DNA from: Akkermansiaceae bacterium
GTDB taxonomy: Bacteria; Verrucomicrobiota; Verrucomicrobiia; Verrucomicrobiales; Akkermansiaceae
Direction of reading: 5' to 3'
Assembly (NCBI GenBank): GCA_031429315.1
Contig: JANOZJ010000401.1
Location: 4,658 to 68,657 of the forward strand
Length of the DNA: 64,000 nucleotides
Position 1 is the stretch's first letter. The number at the start of each line of letters is the position of its first letter. The position numbers and the translations under genes are program-made. Shown piece by piece: positions 26,601 to 33,208 of this stretch. The notes under the pieces are model-generated. The model made no database searches and was not told the DNA's origin. It saw only the letters and a program-made list of their open reading frames with translations.

Positions 26601-28642
26601 ATCGCACCCTAGCCTTCAAAACATTGATGAGTGGCACCGGCCTCTATCAGTTCGGGAGCGAGTTGAGAGACTTAAGTGTTCCCTACAAGACCGCCTCACG
26701 TTACGGGTTCCAAGCTCAGCCCGACTGGGGCCAACGCACCAGCTACGGCAGACTGCAAGGCTCCTTGCAAAGTATGTTGGCGGACGAGATCGAACTCGAC
26801 CGCACCATGGCGAACTATATCGCGTTTCTTCAGGACGTGGAAGGCAGGGTTCATCGTCTCCAAAGCGAGGTGGAACTCTATAGTGAAAAAGACGGCATCA
26901 AGGATAAAATCACCGGGGTGAGGGCTGGATTCACGGCCGCAACTGTGGCAGCGAATATCGCCATCAATGTCTTGGCTGCAACTGATAGAGCCGCTGAGGG
27001 AGTTGAAGATATCGTCGCGGCAGCTATCCCGGATGATCCAATTGTGGTGGCAGGACTCGCTGTTGGCGCGACCATCCCAACATCCCCGGCGATTGCGGCA
27101 GTCAAGGGCGTGTCCGAAACGGTTCAGGTGATATCTGAAGCAGCGAAGGGCATCGCAGAAGCGGCATTGGAGGTGGCCAACCTCGTCCGTGATGAAGTCA
27201 TCGCCAAGTTGGATCGCGACGTGGAACGTCTCGACCAGATCCGCGAATTGGAGGGGATGGTGCAGGAACTGCAGAACATCGAGTTCAATGATCGTCCGCT
27301 GCGGAATGCGATTGGTGCCGCCACCTTGAATCTGGAACTCCACCGCCAGGAGTATTTCACCGCGCAGGCCGAGGGCTTCCGTTTGCTCAGGGAGCGTGAG
27401 TCGTTCAACAAGACACTGGCCTCGAAGGTGCAGAAGAACCGCTATCAGGACATGATTTTCCGGCTCTCCCGCAACGAGGCGATGAGCAAGTATCAAAGTT
27501 CCTTCAACATCGCCGCACGTTACACGTGGCTGGCGGCACGGGCTTATGATTATGAGACCAGCCTAGATCCGGGCAATCCGGCGGCACCGGGTCCGCTGCT
27601 GGACAAGATTGTGAAGGAACGTCAACTCGGCTCCTGGACCGATGGTCAGCCAAGTCTGGCGCACGGCGGTCTTGCCGCGATCCTCGCCCAGCTCACCGCC
27701 AACTTCGATGTCCTCAAGGGCCAGCTTGGAATCAACAACCCGCAGTCGGAAACCGAGAAAATTTCCCTGCGCGGCGAGCTGTTCCGCATTCAGTCCTTGG
27801 ATCCGGAACTTGCGGCGGCTGACGAACTCCAGCAGGACATCACTGCCCTGAACTTCCCGGCGGCGCAACTTTCCCTGGCCCAGCGCCAGCTCCTGGCCAA
27901 ACTGGATGTTCCGGCGAATCGTGACGCCATCGACCAGGCTGCGGCCAGCGATGACCGCTGGAAGGATGCGCTCAAGGCGCGAATCGTGCCAGACCTCAAC
28001 ACGCTGCCGGAGTTTGTCCACCACTGCCGTCCATTTGCGTCCGGCACGCAGCCGGGCCTGGTCATCCGCTTCAGCACTTGCATCGAGCCGGGTAAGAACT
28101 TCTTCGGTCAGCCATTGGCCGAGGGCGACCATAACTATAGCTCCGCAAACTTTGCCACCAAGATCCAAGGGTTGGGCGTCTGGATGGATGAATACAATGC
28201 GGCGGGACTCGCTACTTCCCCGCGCGCCTATTTGGTCCCTATCGGCAACGACTACTTGCGGACTTCTACTTCGGCATTGCCGCTCACCCGCATGTGGAAC
28301 GTGGTCGAGCAGCGGATTCCCACCCCCTTCATCCTTAACTCCAGCAGTCTGATCTCGCCTGGCTATATCCCGTCGTTAGACGGCGTGGGTGGCTTCTTTG
28401 GTGACGTTCGCCGCCACGGGGACTTCCGCATGTATCACAACAATGGTGACCCTGAAGCCGATGATAGCGAACTGATCATGGACTCGCGCCTGATCAGTCG
28501 CTCAATCTGGAATTCCGAGTGGATGCTAGTCATTCCAGGGAGCGGTCTCGATGCCGATCCTGCGGCTGGATTGAAGAAACTCGCTGACAAGATCACGGAC
28601 ATCAAAATTTACTTCACGACCACTTCCCATCAAGGGCAATAG
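17660..28642 (+). CDS. Giant (~3660 aa) Sec-exported multidomain protein: 3 ASH/choice-of-anchor D Ig domains, NIDO-like domain, LamG-like domain, helical core, C-terminal Tc-toxin A-like pore/terminal region (inferred)
   Basis: Signal MKNHSLLPLLKVVAAACLLTVSAATA. Three PEI.V.QP..FG...FTI.N.G repeats. IGFDFFFY...IAPLWTDL (NIDO-like). WRHYAI..FYLDG..LDNFRLF (LamG-like). DVNTDGFINEDD. Coiled coil plus hydrophobic hairpin, then LAARAYDYE and a terminal ITDIKIYF. Alternative start at 17642. Confidence 0.75.
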   Translation: MKNHSLLPLLKVVAAACLLTVSAATAAPEIVVQQPAGTNITGGSESFGSVVLGLSTTLTFTIKNTGDANLTGLAITKDSGASAGDFTFTAVTPAAPVAGPNGSTTFTATFTPSAPGARTATIHIANNDPDGGESPYNITLTGTGLAPEIVVEQPVNNNIATNDTLAFGTVDLTSATLSITKTFTIKNTGDANLTGLVVTKSGTSAADFTVTQPGSASLAGPSGSTTFTVVFAPTAAGAKTAAIHIANNDPDGGESPLFNINLTATATAPLIAIEQPVGTAFANNGTKAFGSAGIGFANEVVFTVVNGGTAALSLSSFTIGGTDARQFSLGVTPTTVGAGSSATFTVRFGPSQIGSFTANLKIANNSSATPFTINLTGSGIANVGQVDAFGYKFIEIAGGNILPFLSSADPGVVQGAGLSNIDQQVPVDIGFDFFFYEKSYSRCSISTTGLVTFGDPSIKYTPDSIPNAAIPDNFIAPLWTDLQVTSTSKILYKTLGVAPDRIFVVKYENVKLYHNGAAATDKRVTFQVQLYETSNSIQIRYQDENPAVAFPAQQLSIGIESRNYGTEIPQPGVGIVGIQYKNGLISDSANRPFAGNSASTASASNKSILFTRPVVITLESKYDKPALTGTTPTNVETTALIPSIGTIYRTPIGTVKRFEAPPVIYLDKDFNTLAEAGEVSDSSPAWYRLVNDGYAIDGQVVQGTHAFFTTTLTRDVTVVWRWRLECAVVISSATGQGGFGNPSPGVGRQWYQFGDQFTASIDANVTNSEGGFRFNTTGYTLQDKAGAAVGTTTSFASDGSLRRTTTPVSISQPLKLTWNFVGQVRYRFDALSYAQGGGVVDGQSFVQVYKSDGSAVESTVYGTGANTDVWIDSGATTGRKVVAGAFYRSNDRSLTLGDFNPAPGGDLGGFGASVAPLIDSLIPDQQGVSRVARTYTVTHATSPTEIHWVFQPTVFRAQVELGKSLDGQVPDVQLIPDLPDTALLKITDSGPGNLTTTKTPPPEGSIVGISDPLRWDRLGKALFPVRAGSYEIAWPDANNLARSYKIEILSGYPKDVVRWTLPVEDNTGARVKQGAVALSSCVTTVTNTTVSCGSTAGLAVGMVIDGPNITTGTTITTVSPTSFAISSAAMGSGTVTLNAWNYVYEVTLPEIDPQAGFPAQVDNAHYRHLYDPVPARQAPTKLDLSAADEWKFQDLTYADGATAASVSKEASGVPFTAAGAGRSVLLYSYRPNSDEIADGSLDKESLAVRVVRSSPVSVISRDNPKLILGRKALELGGGSAAGAAYGIVKNSNPLAPGSVNPGNKFVVDFWLNAKGLQAPAAVTLSACTTTSGATNVTCASTGSVVPGMTLNGTNIPAGTKIASITNATTLVLSTPATASATGVSLVASNKPVTVMSTGGGGLTVTLDSAASTATATYRGVQVSHYLPKSGVTWRHYAIHVFTNRFFGVEVAIIDFYLDGVRQEKGFVTPPGFLGAAGSTIATGLTVDSLRLGVDAESRSGLQLDNFRLFSLGSDPKGYLKPGEVRLLRTERDLTVVGKQLRGTSPLLSFNFETAPSGGLFANQGSLANVAVGTVSGSGVYAGKWANTDLQEVATRIDSTLDNAGFGGSGYSINAVSNYNVNLYDRSAEVGTWGPVFPVNHSQLFTDAAKKLEVAYYENPYLTDQLPHPNVAWPYVVTEYKDVVFPALGPNKDKAIYIASRIGSEGIDQRGYPQPVFGLAGFSDLKIYNQPDRALAGYNPNEEHALTAPAGRAALKVKNIGEDVPNNPPLAAFALQMDVNGTSATYTSEPWVLVQVNNVLTGEPEMAAYQVFKTRTGATAFPRPSAAVVNTANSGLIYESATNPDDAFLGLDATKAFDFNYQFDYPVYAGDLLIPPYPLNLVIGNVAMNDARGNSLQVNGLNQRTLWRDVNKNAWVVSGNGRFFHQFFYPMRGDFFLSSIPAGTPVAWLPDNGTNYTGTGTSLNPVKVIYNSFWRSDYPKLKRGETLTYQGGEYFSETPGSKGLPALVAMAASEVIYDSATPSMVLGAATTNRYNLSTTSARIIRPLDRRENLFSVAQMGTSGFTPAATTKVFIVAERWYFKELPGSLQKRFYFDSLAEKLVFRGRLNEKESGDANLTSGPDPLNILEPNVMTRNDYDRVRGLSTNSAWTAAIDQIYLKAQNPHGAPDANQDASLAVKNLQGVKATPASYPNELSTFWAKTGNVIAQVASPAPSIVPLDSFGVGSALVPSPGLLTQAPNGSLYITIAENNRTELVGAPVSLHIIEIIPDRYRGAIKVIEGSDAFSEKVTLQHNGEFGANTGDLYYEWWIRDAAPLDVVASEVLPNGTLTQTDANGQSLWQEYIPTDRAALTDINAKHLGLHSIVFEGRPDVVLADKLVLMRYRHRNEANWKLVPFEFANASTAWKPGNIPVVSPAPFQWAGAANSPQLQADGSKRYIPQLVMGWVKRVLDRINPYEARYADFFSNESPATYSSQIQIAGAPYAGKVALNPNKNVIENTGLIELYRTVLDRAKELSIDNSSNGNASDGIKQALLLAATRLSVLYELLGNEAYSDAQDSTINAGDDSALAGVASFTHAFQNMEADLQHEELALLRGTDFGKSYPVYNRMFWNYAKGLGEAAYNVNYNIYDVNTDGFINEDDARKLYPQGHGDAWGHYVSALDMHYTLLQHPGFSWKTRSELYSLMQNVLEVDFLDEKTFARLASGKARAGRDIVRESYRLAYTQDPNGQWQGYTDGADPARAWGVSEWAHRAGQGAFFDWAVANALLPEDAAAATPVNNPENLDRIDRLGAIDQIGEVAAGLHEIQVALDEANSGVNPLGLDSDAMTFDIELDLYENGSGGDRRSHFEQIHSRAVTAGNNALTTLDYATQAQNKLRSLADDTDGLIQEAMSQDLDFRNRLIEIFGRPYDGTIGFGKAYPEGYQGPDTLLFAYLDKTRIDQIVPPVAGATSTVVTYKKLFDKATGSEIMNNPVMVNLYKATGDDDRTLAFKTLMSGTGLYQFGSELRDLSVPYKTASRYGFQAQPDWGQRTSYGRLQGSLQSMLADEIELDRTMANYIAFLQDVEGRVHRLQSEVELYSEKDGIKDKITGVRAGFTAATVAANIAINVLAATDRAAEGVEDIVAAAIPDDPIVVAGLAVGATIPTSPAIAAVKGVSETVQVISEAAKGIAEAALEVANLVRDEVIAKLDRDVERLDQIRELEGMVQELQNIEFNDRPLRNAIGAATLNLELHRQEYFTAQAEGFRLLRERESFNKTLASKVQKNRYQDMIFRLSRNEAMSKYQSSFNIAARYTWLAARAYDYETSLDPGNPAAPGPLLDKIVKERQLGSWTDGQPSLAHGGLAAILAQLTANFDVLKGQLGINNPQSETEKISLRGELFRIQSLDPELAAADELQQDITALNFPAAQLSLAQRQLLAKLDVPANRDAIDQAAASDDRWKDALKARIVPDLNTLPEFVHHCRPFASGTQPGLVIRFSTCIEPGKNFFGQPLAEGDHNYSSANFATKIQGLGVWMDEYNAAGLATSPRAYLVPIGNDYLRTSTSALPLTRMWNVVEQRIPTPFILNSSSLISPGYIPSLDGVGGFFGDVRRHGDFRMYHNNGDPEADDSELIMDSRLISRSIWNSEWMLVIPGSGLDADPAAGLKKLADKITDIKIYFTTTSHQGQ

Positions 28643-28679
28643 AACAACCTGTGGAACCACCATCCAGCCATCCCTAACG

Positions 28680-31600
28680 ATGAAAACCATCTTTGCTCTT
28701 ATTTCCGCTCTGGTCCTTGCCAGCCCGGCGGCCCGCGCCCAGGGCTTCACTGATTCCAACGTTGTCTTCTACGGTGAGGTTCGCAAGTCCGGCGGCGGTC
28801 AAACGGTCCTGCTGCAAGGCGGGCACCTGAAGGTCACCTTCGTTAACCAGAACATCACGGCCAACCGAGTGACCCTCGAGACCAGGTTGCGGCCCACCGG
28901 CCCGGGAGCTGTTAAGCCGTGGTCCTACGCGCTGAAGGTTCCGTTAGCCTATCTCCCGGACACACCACGGATCGATGAGTTTCTATCAGTAGGCACACTG
29001 CCTACGAGCTTCAAGATCCAGGAAATCACCATTGATGGAGTTCCCGCCACGTTGCCCGACGGCAGCAAGGAATTCTACGGCCTCAGCTTCGCGAGTCGCT
29101 CCAACGACTACCGTCTCGACCTGCTGGTCGCGGGCGACAGCACGGACAGCGACGGCGACGGCCTCCCCGACTGGTGGGAAAGGCTTTTTGGTCTCGATCC
29201 TAACATCGCCGATGCCAACGGCGACTTCGACAATGACGGATGGAGTAATCTCGAAGAGTTTCGCCGGGGCAGCAATCCGGCTGTTAGCAATCGCGAGCCA
29301 TTGCTCGTCACTGCGGAGATTCTCGTCCCGGAATCCGGTCAAGCCGGCATCTACCCGCAGGTCCTCGATTCAGACACTCCGGATACGGGCATTCATATCA
29401 ATCTCCCAAGCGGCTCGACTGGCGGTTTCGAACTGAAGTATGACGGCGCGCCACTGACATCGGGCGGGCAGTTCCCACTCACTGACTTCAGGTCCGGCCG
29501 CCTGACCATTGCCCACACCAACCGCTCGTCGCGTGCATTTGCCCTGCCGGTCAGTTGGAACGACGGTGGCACCGTGTTCTCCGGCGCGGTACAAGTCCGC
29601 GTGGTTTCGCCAAGCCCCGCAGACGGCAGCGACGCCGCCCTTTGGCTTGATGGATTCGACCTGCCATCCGCAGGTTCCAAGATCAGCACTTGGTCCGACC
29701 GTTCCGGAAATTCCCGCCACGCGACACAGCCGACTGCTGGCTATCAGCCGCTGGTCACCAGTCAAGCGGCGGACTTTTCCAAGGTAGCCTCCTCACACCT
29801 TTTCTTCCAGGACTCCTCCGTGCCGGTCGCTGACCACACGGTTCTCGCCGCTTACACGGCCGCCGCGTCCTCGGATGCGCCGCAGACCCTGCTCTCCACC
29901 AACCGCGGCTATCTACAGCTCGCCGCGACCACCCAGGCGATTTCCTATCCGGGTGCCCCCACCTATCAGGTCGATGGCACCGCAATCAATGGTTATGAAA
30001 ATGCCACCGGTTTTGCCACCACCTCGATCTTCCGCCGCCAGTCGAACCTCTTGCAAAACATCCTCGGCCTCTCCTACGACGGCGAGGCGGTCACCACCGC
30101 CGCCGTCGATCCGGTGTTGCCGACACTTGGTGCCCGCCGCACCGCCATTCCGGACGCCTCCAGCCCTCCGGTCGATCAAGCATTCGCTGGTCAGCTTCAC
30201 GAACTGCTGGTTTTCCCCAACGCCCTTCCCGAACAAAAACTGCGTGGCGTCAATGACTACCTTCAGTCGAAATGGAGCGCCGCGGTGATCTGGAATTTCA
30301 GCACCGACCTCAAGGACGTCACTCTAACCGCAGGCCCGGGAACCCAGCCCCGCATCATCCGCGGTGGCTTCGGCAGCGACCGTCTTACCGGCGGCGCGGG
30401 GGATGACACCGTCTCCGGCGGCGCTGGCGACGACAATCTAACCGGCGGCGGCGGCGCTGACCGCTTCGTCTTCGGCGGGGTCGACCTCGGTCGGGATAGA
30501 ATCACCGACTTCGATTCGGTAAATGACATCATCGATGTTTCCGCGCCCTTCTGGGGTGTGAAAGGCGACGCCCGGAACTTCGTCAGCGTGCGCCTGGATG
30601 CCAACTATTCGACTGCGGTTCCGACACTCGACAGTGTCCTCATCGTCACCCGCCCGGACGGCAGCAAGCAGGAAATCGTCCTGCAAAACGTCGTCATCGG
30701 CAGCACCCAGCTCATCCGCCTGATCGCGGAAGGCCACCTCCGCATGGGAGGCCTGAGCATCCCGACCACGGTGCAACTCGCGCTTGGTGCCGGTTCTTCC
30801 TCCAGTCCGTTAGGTGAGTCCCTGGCCCAGTCGTTCACCGTGAACGTGACCCGCAGCGGTGCCGGCGTCTCCGCCGCACTCGATGTGCCGTTAGGCTTCT
30901 TCCAAGGCTCGGGCACCCGCTTCGTGGTCGATGGCGCGAGTTCCAGCGAGGGCCGCCGCAGCGTGGTAAGCTTCGCCCGCGGAGAAACCACCAAGACCGT
31001 CACCGTCCATCCCGTTCCCGATCTCGAAACCTCCGGCGTGTCCAATGTGCAGGTCGCGGTCCTGCCACAGTTCAAGTATTCGGTTAGCGGCGCACCGGTC
31101 GCGCAAACCATCAGCGACAACCCGATGGTGTGGCTGGAAATCACCCAACCGAACGCCGTCGCAAGTCCCGCCCAACCGGCCCGCGTGGTCATTCGCCGCA
31201 ATGGCAGCACGACCCAGAGCCTGGCTGTTGATTTCCAACTCGGCGGCACCGTCGTCAATGGCGTGCATATCAACACCGTGCCTAGCAGCATCACCATTCT
31301 CGCCGGTCAAAGCTCCCGCGAAATGCAAATCTCCGCCCGCGCCGCCGGACTGGCTGCCGGCCCGAAAGTCCTGCTCGTCCGTCTCGCGTCGCGTGAGAGG
31401 TATCTGCTAGGTGATCCTCACGAAGCCGTCCTCTACGTCGGCAACACCGCCGCAGAGACCAACGGTGCCGGCTTCGACCGCTGGCTCGCCTCATCCACTC
31501 ACGGTGCCATCAACCGCCGCGCGGATCTTGAAAAAATCGCGCCGGGCAGGGTGGGGGACTATCTTCAGGCATACGCCTTCGGCCTCGGCTCGGTGGACGA

Positions 31601-32210
31601 TCTCGGGAAACGCGGCGTGAATTTGCGCATCGTCGGTGGCCGGCCCGAGCTAACAGCTCCCGGCCAGTTCAAAGCCGCCGACCTCCGCTGGGGGGTGCAG
31701 TCCTCGGATTCACTCGGCCAGTGGGGAGATGCCGGCGGCAGCTTCGTCCAGCAGGCCGATCCCAACGGCCTCAAGCTTCTTGGCCAGCCATTATCTAGCA
31801 GCGATACCAGCAAATTCTATCGCCTGAACATGAGTGTCGATCCCGGCCAACTCGCCGGCAGCAGCATCGCCGCGACGACCGGCAGCACGGAGTACGGCAT
31901 GAGCGGCAACGCCAACTGGAACACCGATCCGGTTTCCGGTGCACTCATGAGCAGCGGCGGCAACAGCGGCGAGACCAACCGCATGATCAGCAAAGTCAGC
32001 GGTGCGGCAGTCATCGATTTCGAAATGCAAGTCGTCGGTGGAAACTGGGATGACTCGCTCTCCTTCTTCATTGATGGCGTCAAGCAATCCGAAACCTACG
32101 GCGATGCCGTTAGATTCCGGAAGACGCTCACCGGCATCGGCAAGCATCTGCTGATGTGGGAATTCACCCGGGGCTCCGGCAAGGCCGTGATCCGGAATCT
32201 GGCACCATGA
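28680..32210 (+). CDS. Exported Ca2+-binding multidomain protein (TSP3-like DxDxDG motifs, RTX-type GG repeats, Calx-beta-like domains)
   Basis: Signal MKTIFALISALVLASPAARA-Q. DSDGDGLPDWWE..GLDP..DFDNDGWSNLEEF. ALWLDG..WSDRSGN. GGFGSDRLTGGAGDDTVSGGAGDDNLTGGGGADRFVF..GRDRITDF. VSFARGETTKTVTV. Confidence 0.75.
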   Translation: MKTIFALISALVLASPAARAQGFTDSNVVFYGEVRKSGGGQTVLLQGGHLKVTFVNQNITANRVTLETRLRPTGPGAVKPWSYALKVPLAYLPDTPRIDEFLSVGTLPTSFKIQEITIDGVPATLPDGSKEFYGLSFASRSNDYRLDLLVAGDSTDSDGDGLPDWWERLFGLDPNIADANGDFDNDGWSNLEEFRRGSNPAVSNREPLLVTAEILVPESGQAGIYPQVLDSDTPDTGIHINLPSGSTGGFELKYDGAPLTSGGQFPLTDFRSGRLTIAHTNRSSRAFALPVSWNDGGTVFSGAVQVRVVSPSPADGSDAALWLDGFDLPSAGSKISTWSDRSGNSRHATQPTAGYQPLVTSQAADFSKVASSHLFFQDSSVPVADHTVLAAYTAAASSDAPQTLLSTNRGYLQLAATTQAISYPGAPTYQVDGTAINGYENATGFATTSIFRRQSNLLQNILGLSYDGEAVTTAAVDPVLPTLGARRTAIPDASSPPVDQAFAGQLHELLVFPNALPEQKLRGVNDYLQSKWSAAVIWNFSTDLKDVTLTAGPGTQPRIIRGGFGSDRLTGGAGDDTVSGGAGDDNLTGGGGADRFVFGGVDLGRDRITDFDSVNDIIDVSAPFWGVKGDARNFVSVRLDANYSTAVPTLDSVLIVTRPDGSKQEIVLQNVVIGSTQLIRLIAEGHLRMGGLSIPTTVQLALGAGSSSSPLGESLAQSFTVNVTRSGAGVSAALDVPLGFFQGSGTRFVVDGASSSEGRRSVVSFARGETTKTVTVHPVPDLETSGVSNVQVAVLPQFKYSVSGAPVAQTISDNPMVWLEITQPNAVASPAQPARVVIRRNGSTTQSLAVDFQLGGTVVNGVHINTVPSSITILAGQSSREMQISARAAGLAAGPKVLLVRLASRERYLLGDPHEAVLYVGNTAAETNGAGFDRWLASSTHGAINRRADLEKIAPGRVGDYLQAYAFGLGSVDDLGKRGVNLRIVGGRPELTAPGQFKAADLRWGVQSSDSLGQWGDAGGSFVQQADPNGLKLLGQPLSSSDTSKFYRLNMSVDPGQLAGSSIAATTGSTEYGMSGNANWNTDPVSGALMSSGGNSGETNRMISKVSGAAVIDFEMQVVGGNWDDSLSFFIDGVKQSETYGDAVRFRKTLTGIGKHLLMWEFTRGSGKAVIRNLAP

Positions 32211-33127
32211 TGTTTCACGCTTCAAGACCTGTTTTACTGGTGCTGTTCGCGGTCGTTTCCGCGTGCAGTCCGAAGCATCAGGACGAGGCAAAACCTGCTG
32301 CCGCGAGTCATGGTCCCGAGGCAATCCTGAGTGTCGGGTCGATCCCGGTGGATCAAGCCGACCTCGACTATCAGCTCAAGGAAAGCCACGGCAGCCGCAA
32401 CGATGAAGAGACCCGCAGGCAAGCGCTGGCCGAACTCGCCAGCCGCGCCCAATTCGCCCAAGCCGCAGTCGATGCCGATCTCCTGCGGGACCCGATGGTC
32501 CGCGCTGAGTTCGCCCGCATTCTTGCCAACCGGCTCAAGGAAAAGAATCTCTTCCCGCAGGTGAAGGCCGCCGCCGCGTCGCCGGTTCCCGAGTCCCGCC
32601 TGCGCGAGCTTTACGCCGCCGGGGAGTCCCGCTTCCGCTCCGATGAAAAGCGCCAGGTGGCCGTGCTATGGCTGAAGCCCAACGGCGATCCTGCTAGAGA
32701 GAAACAATACACCGAGAAGCTAACCGCCGCGCGCGACTGGTTTTTCAAAAACGGCGACCTGAAGGATCATCCCGACCAAGGCTTCTCCGTCCTCGGAGTG
32801 GATTATTCCGAACATCAGGCCAGCCGCTATCAGGGCGGCGTCATCGGTTGGTTAGAGAGCGGCGGCGGCATGGACGACTGGTCCAAGGCGGTGGCGCGGA
32901 TCGCCTTTTCTCTCACGGACCCCGGTGAAGTCAGTGCCGTGACCGCCACTCCGGAAGGCGTGTTTCTGGTCCGCTACATGGCGCTGAAACCAGCTCTCCT
33001 CCGCCCGATCGAAGCCGTCACCGACGAACTCAGACAATCCGAACAGCAACGGCTCCGCAAAGCTGCCGAAACCGATTTCAACAGCGCCATCGCCGCAAAA
33101 TATCCAGTGCGCTGGCTCAAGCCCTGA
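32207..33127 (+). CDS. Parvulin/PpiC-type peptidyl-prolyl isomerase/chaperone lipoprotein (PrsA/SurA-like)
   Basis: Lipobox VVSA-C. Helical N-domain. LRELY...F, FSVLGVDYSEHQASRYQGGVIGW, AFSL..PGEVS.V.ATPEGVFLV. ATGA overlap with the upstream gene. Confidence 0.8.
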   Translation: MMFHASRPVLLVLFAVVSACSPKHQDEAKPAAASHGPEAILSVGSIPVDQADLDYQLKESHGSRNDEETRRQALAELASRAQFAQAAVDADLLRDPMVRAEFARILANRLKEKNLFPQVKAAAASPVPESRLRELYAAGESRFRSDEKRQVAVLWLKPNGDPAREKQYTEKLTAARDWFFKNGDLKDHPDQGFSVLGVDYSEHQASRYQGGVIGWLESGGGMDDWSKAVARIAFSLTDPGEVSAVTATPEGVFLVRYMALKPALLRPIEAVTDELRQSEQQRLRKAAETDFNSAIAAKYPVRWLKP

Positions 33128-33208
33128 ATCCCACCCCTCTCCAGTCCACATCATCGCGGTCCCTCGCAATCTGCCATTATCCGGTCAAACCACCCAACTC
33201 ACACCTAC

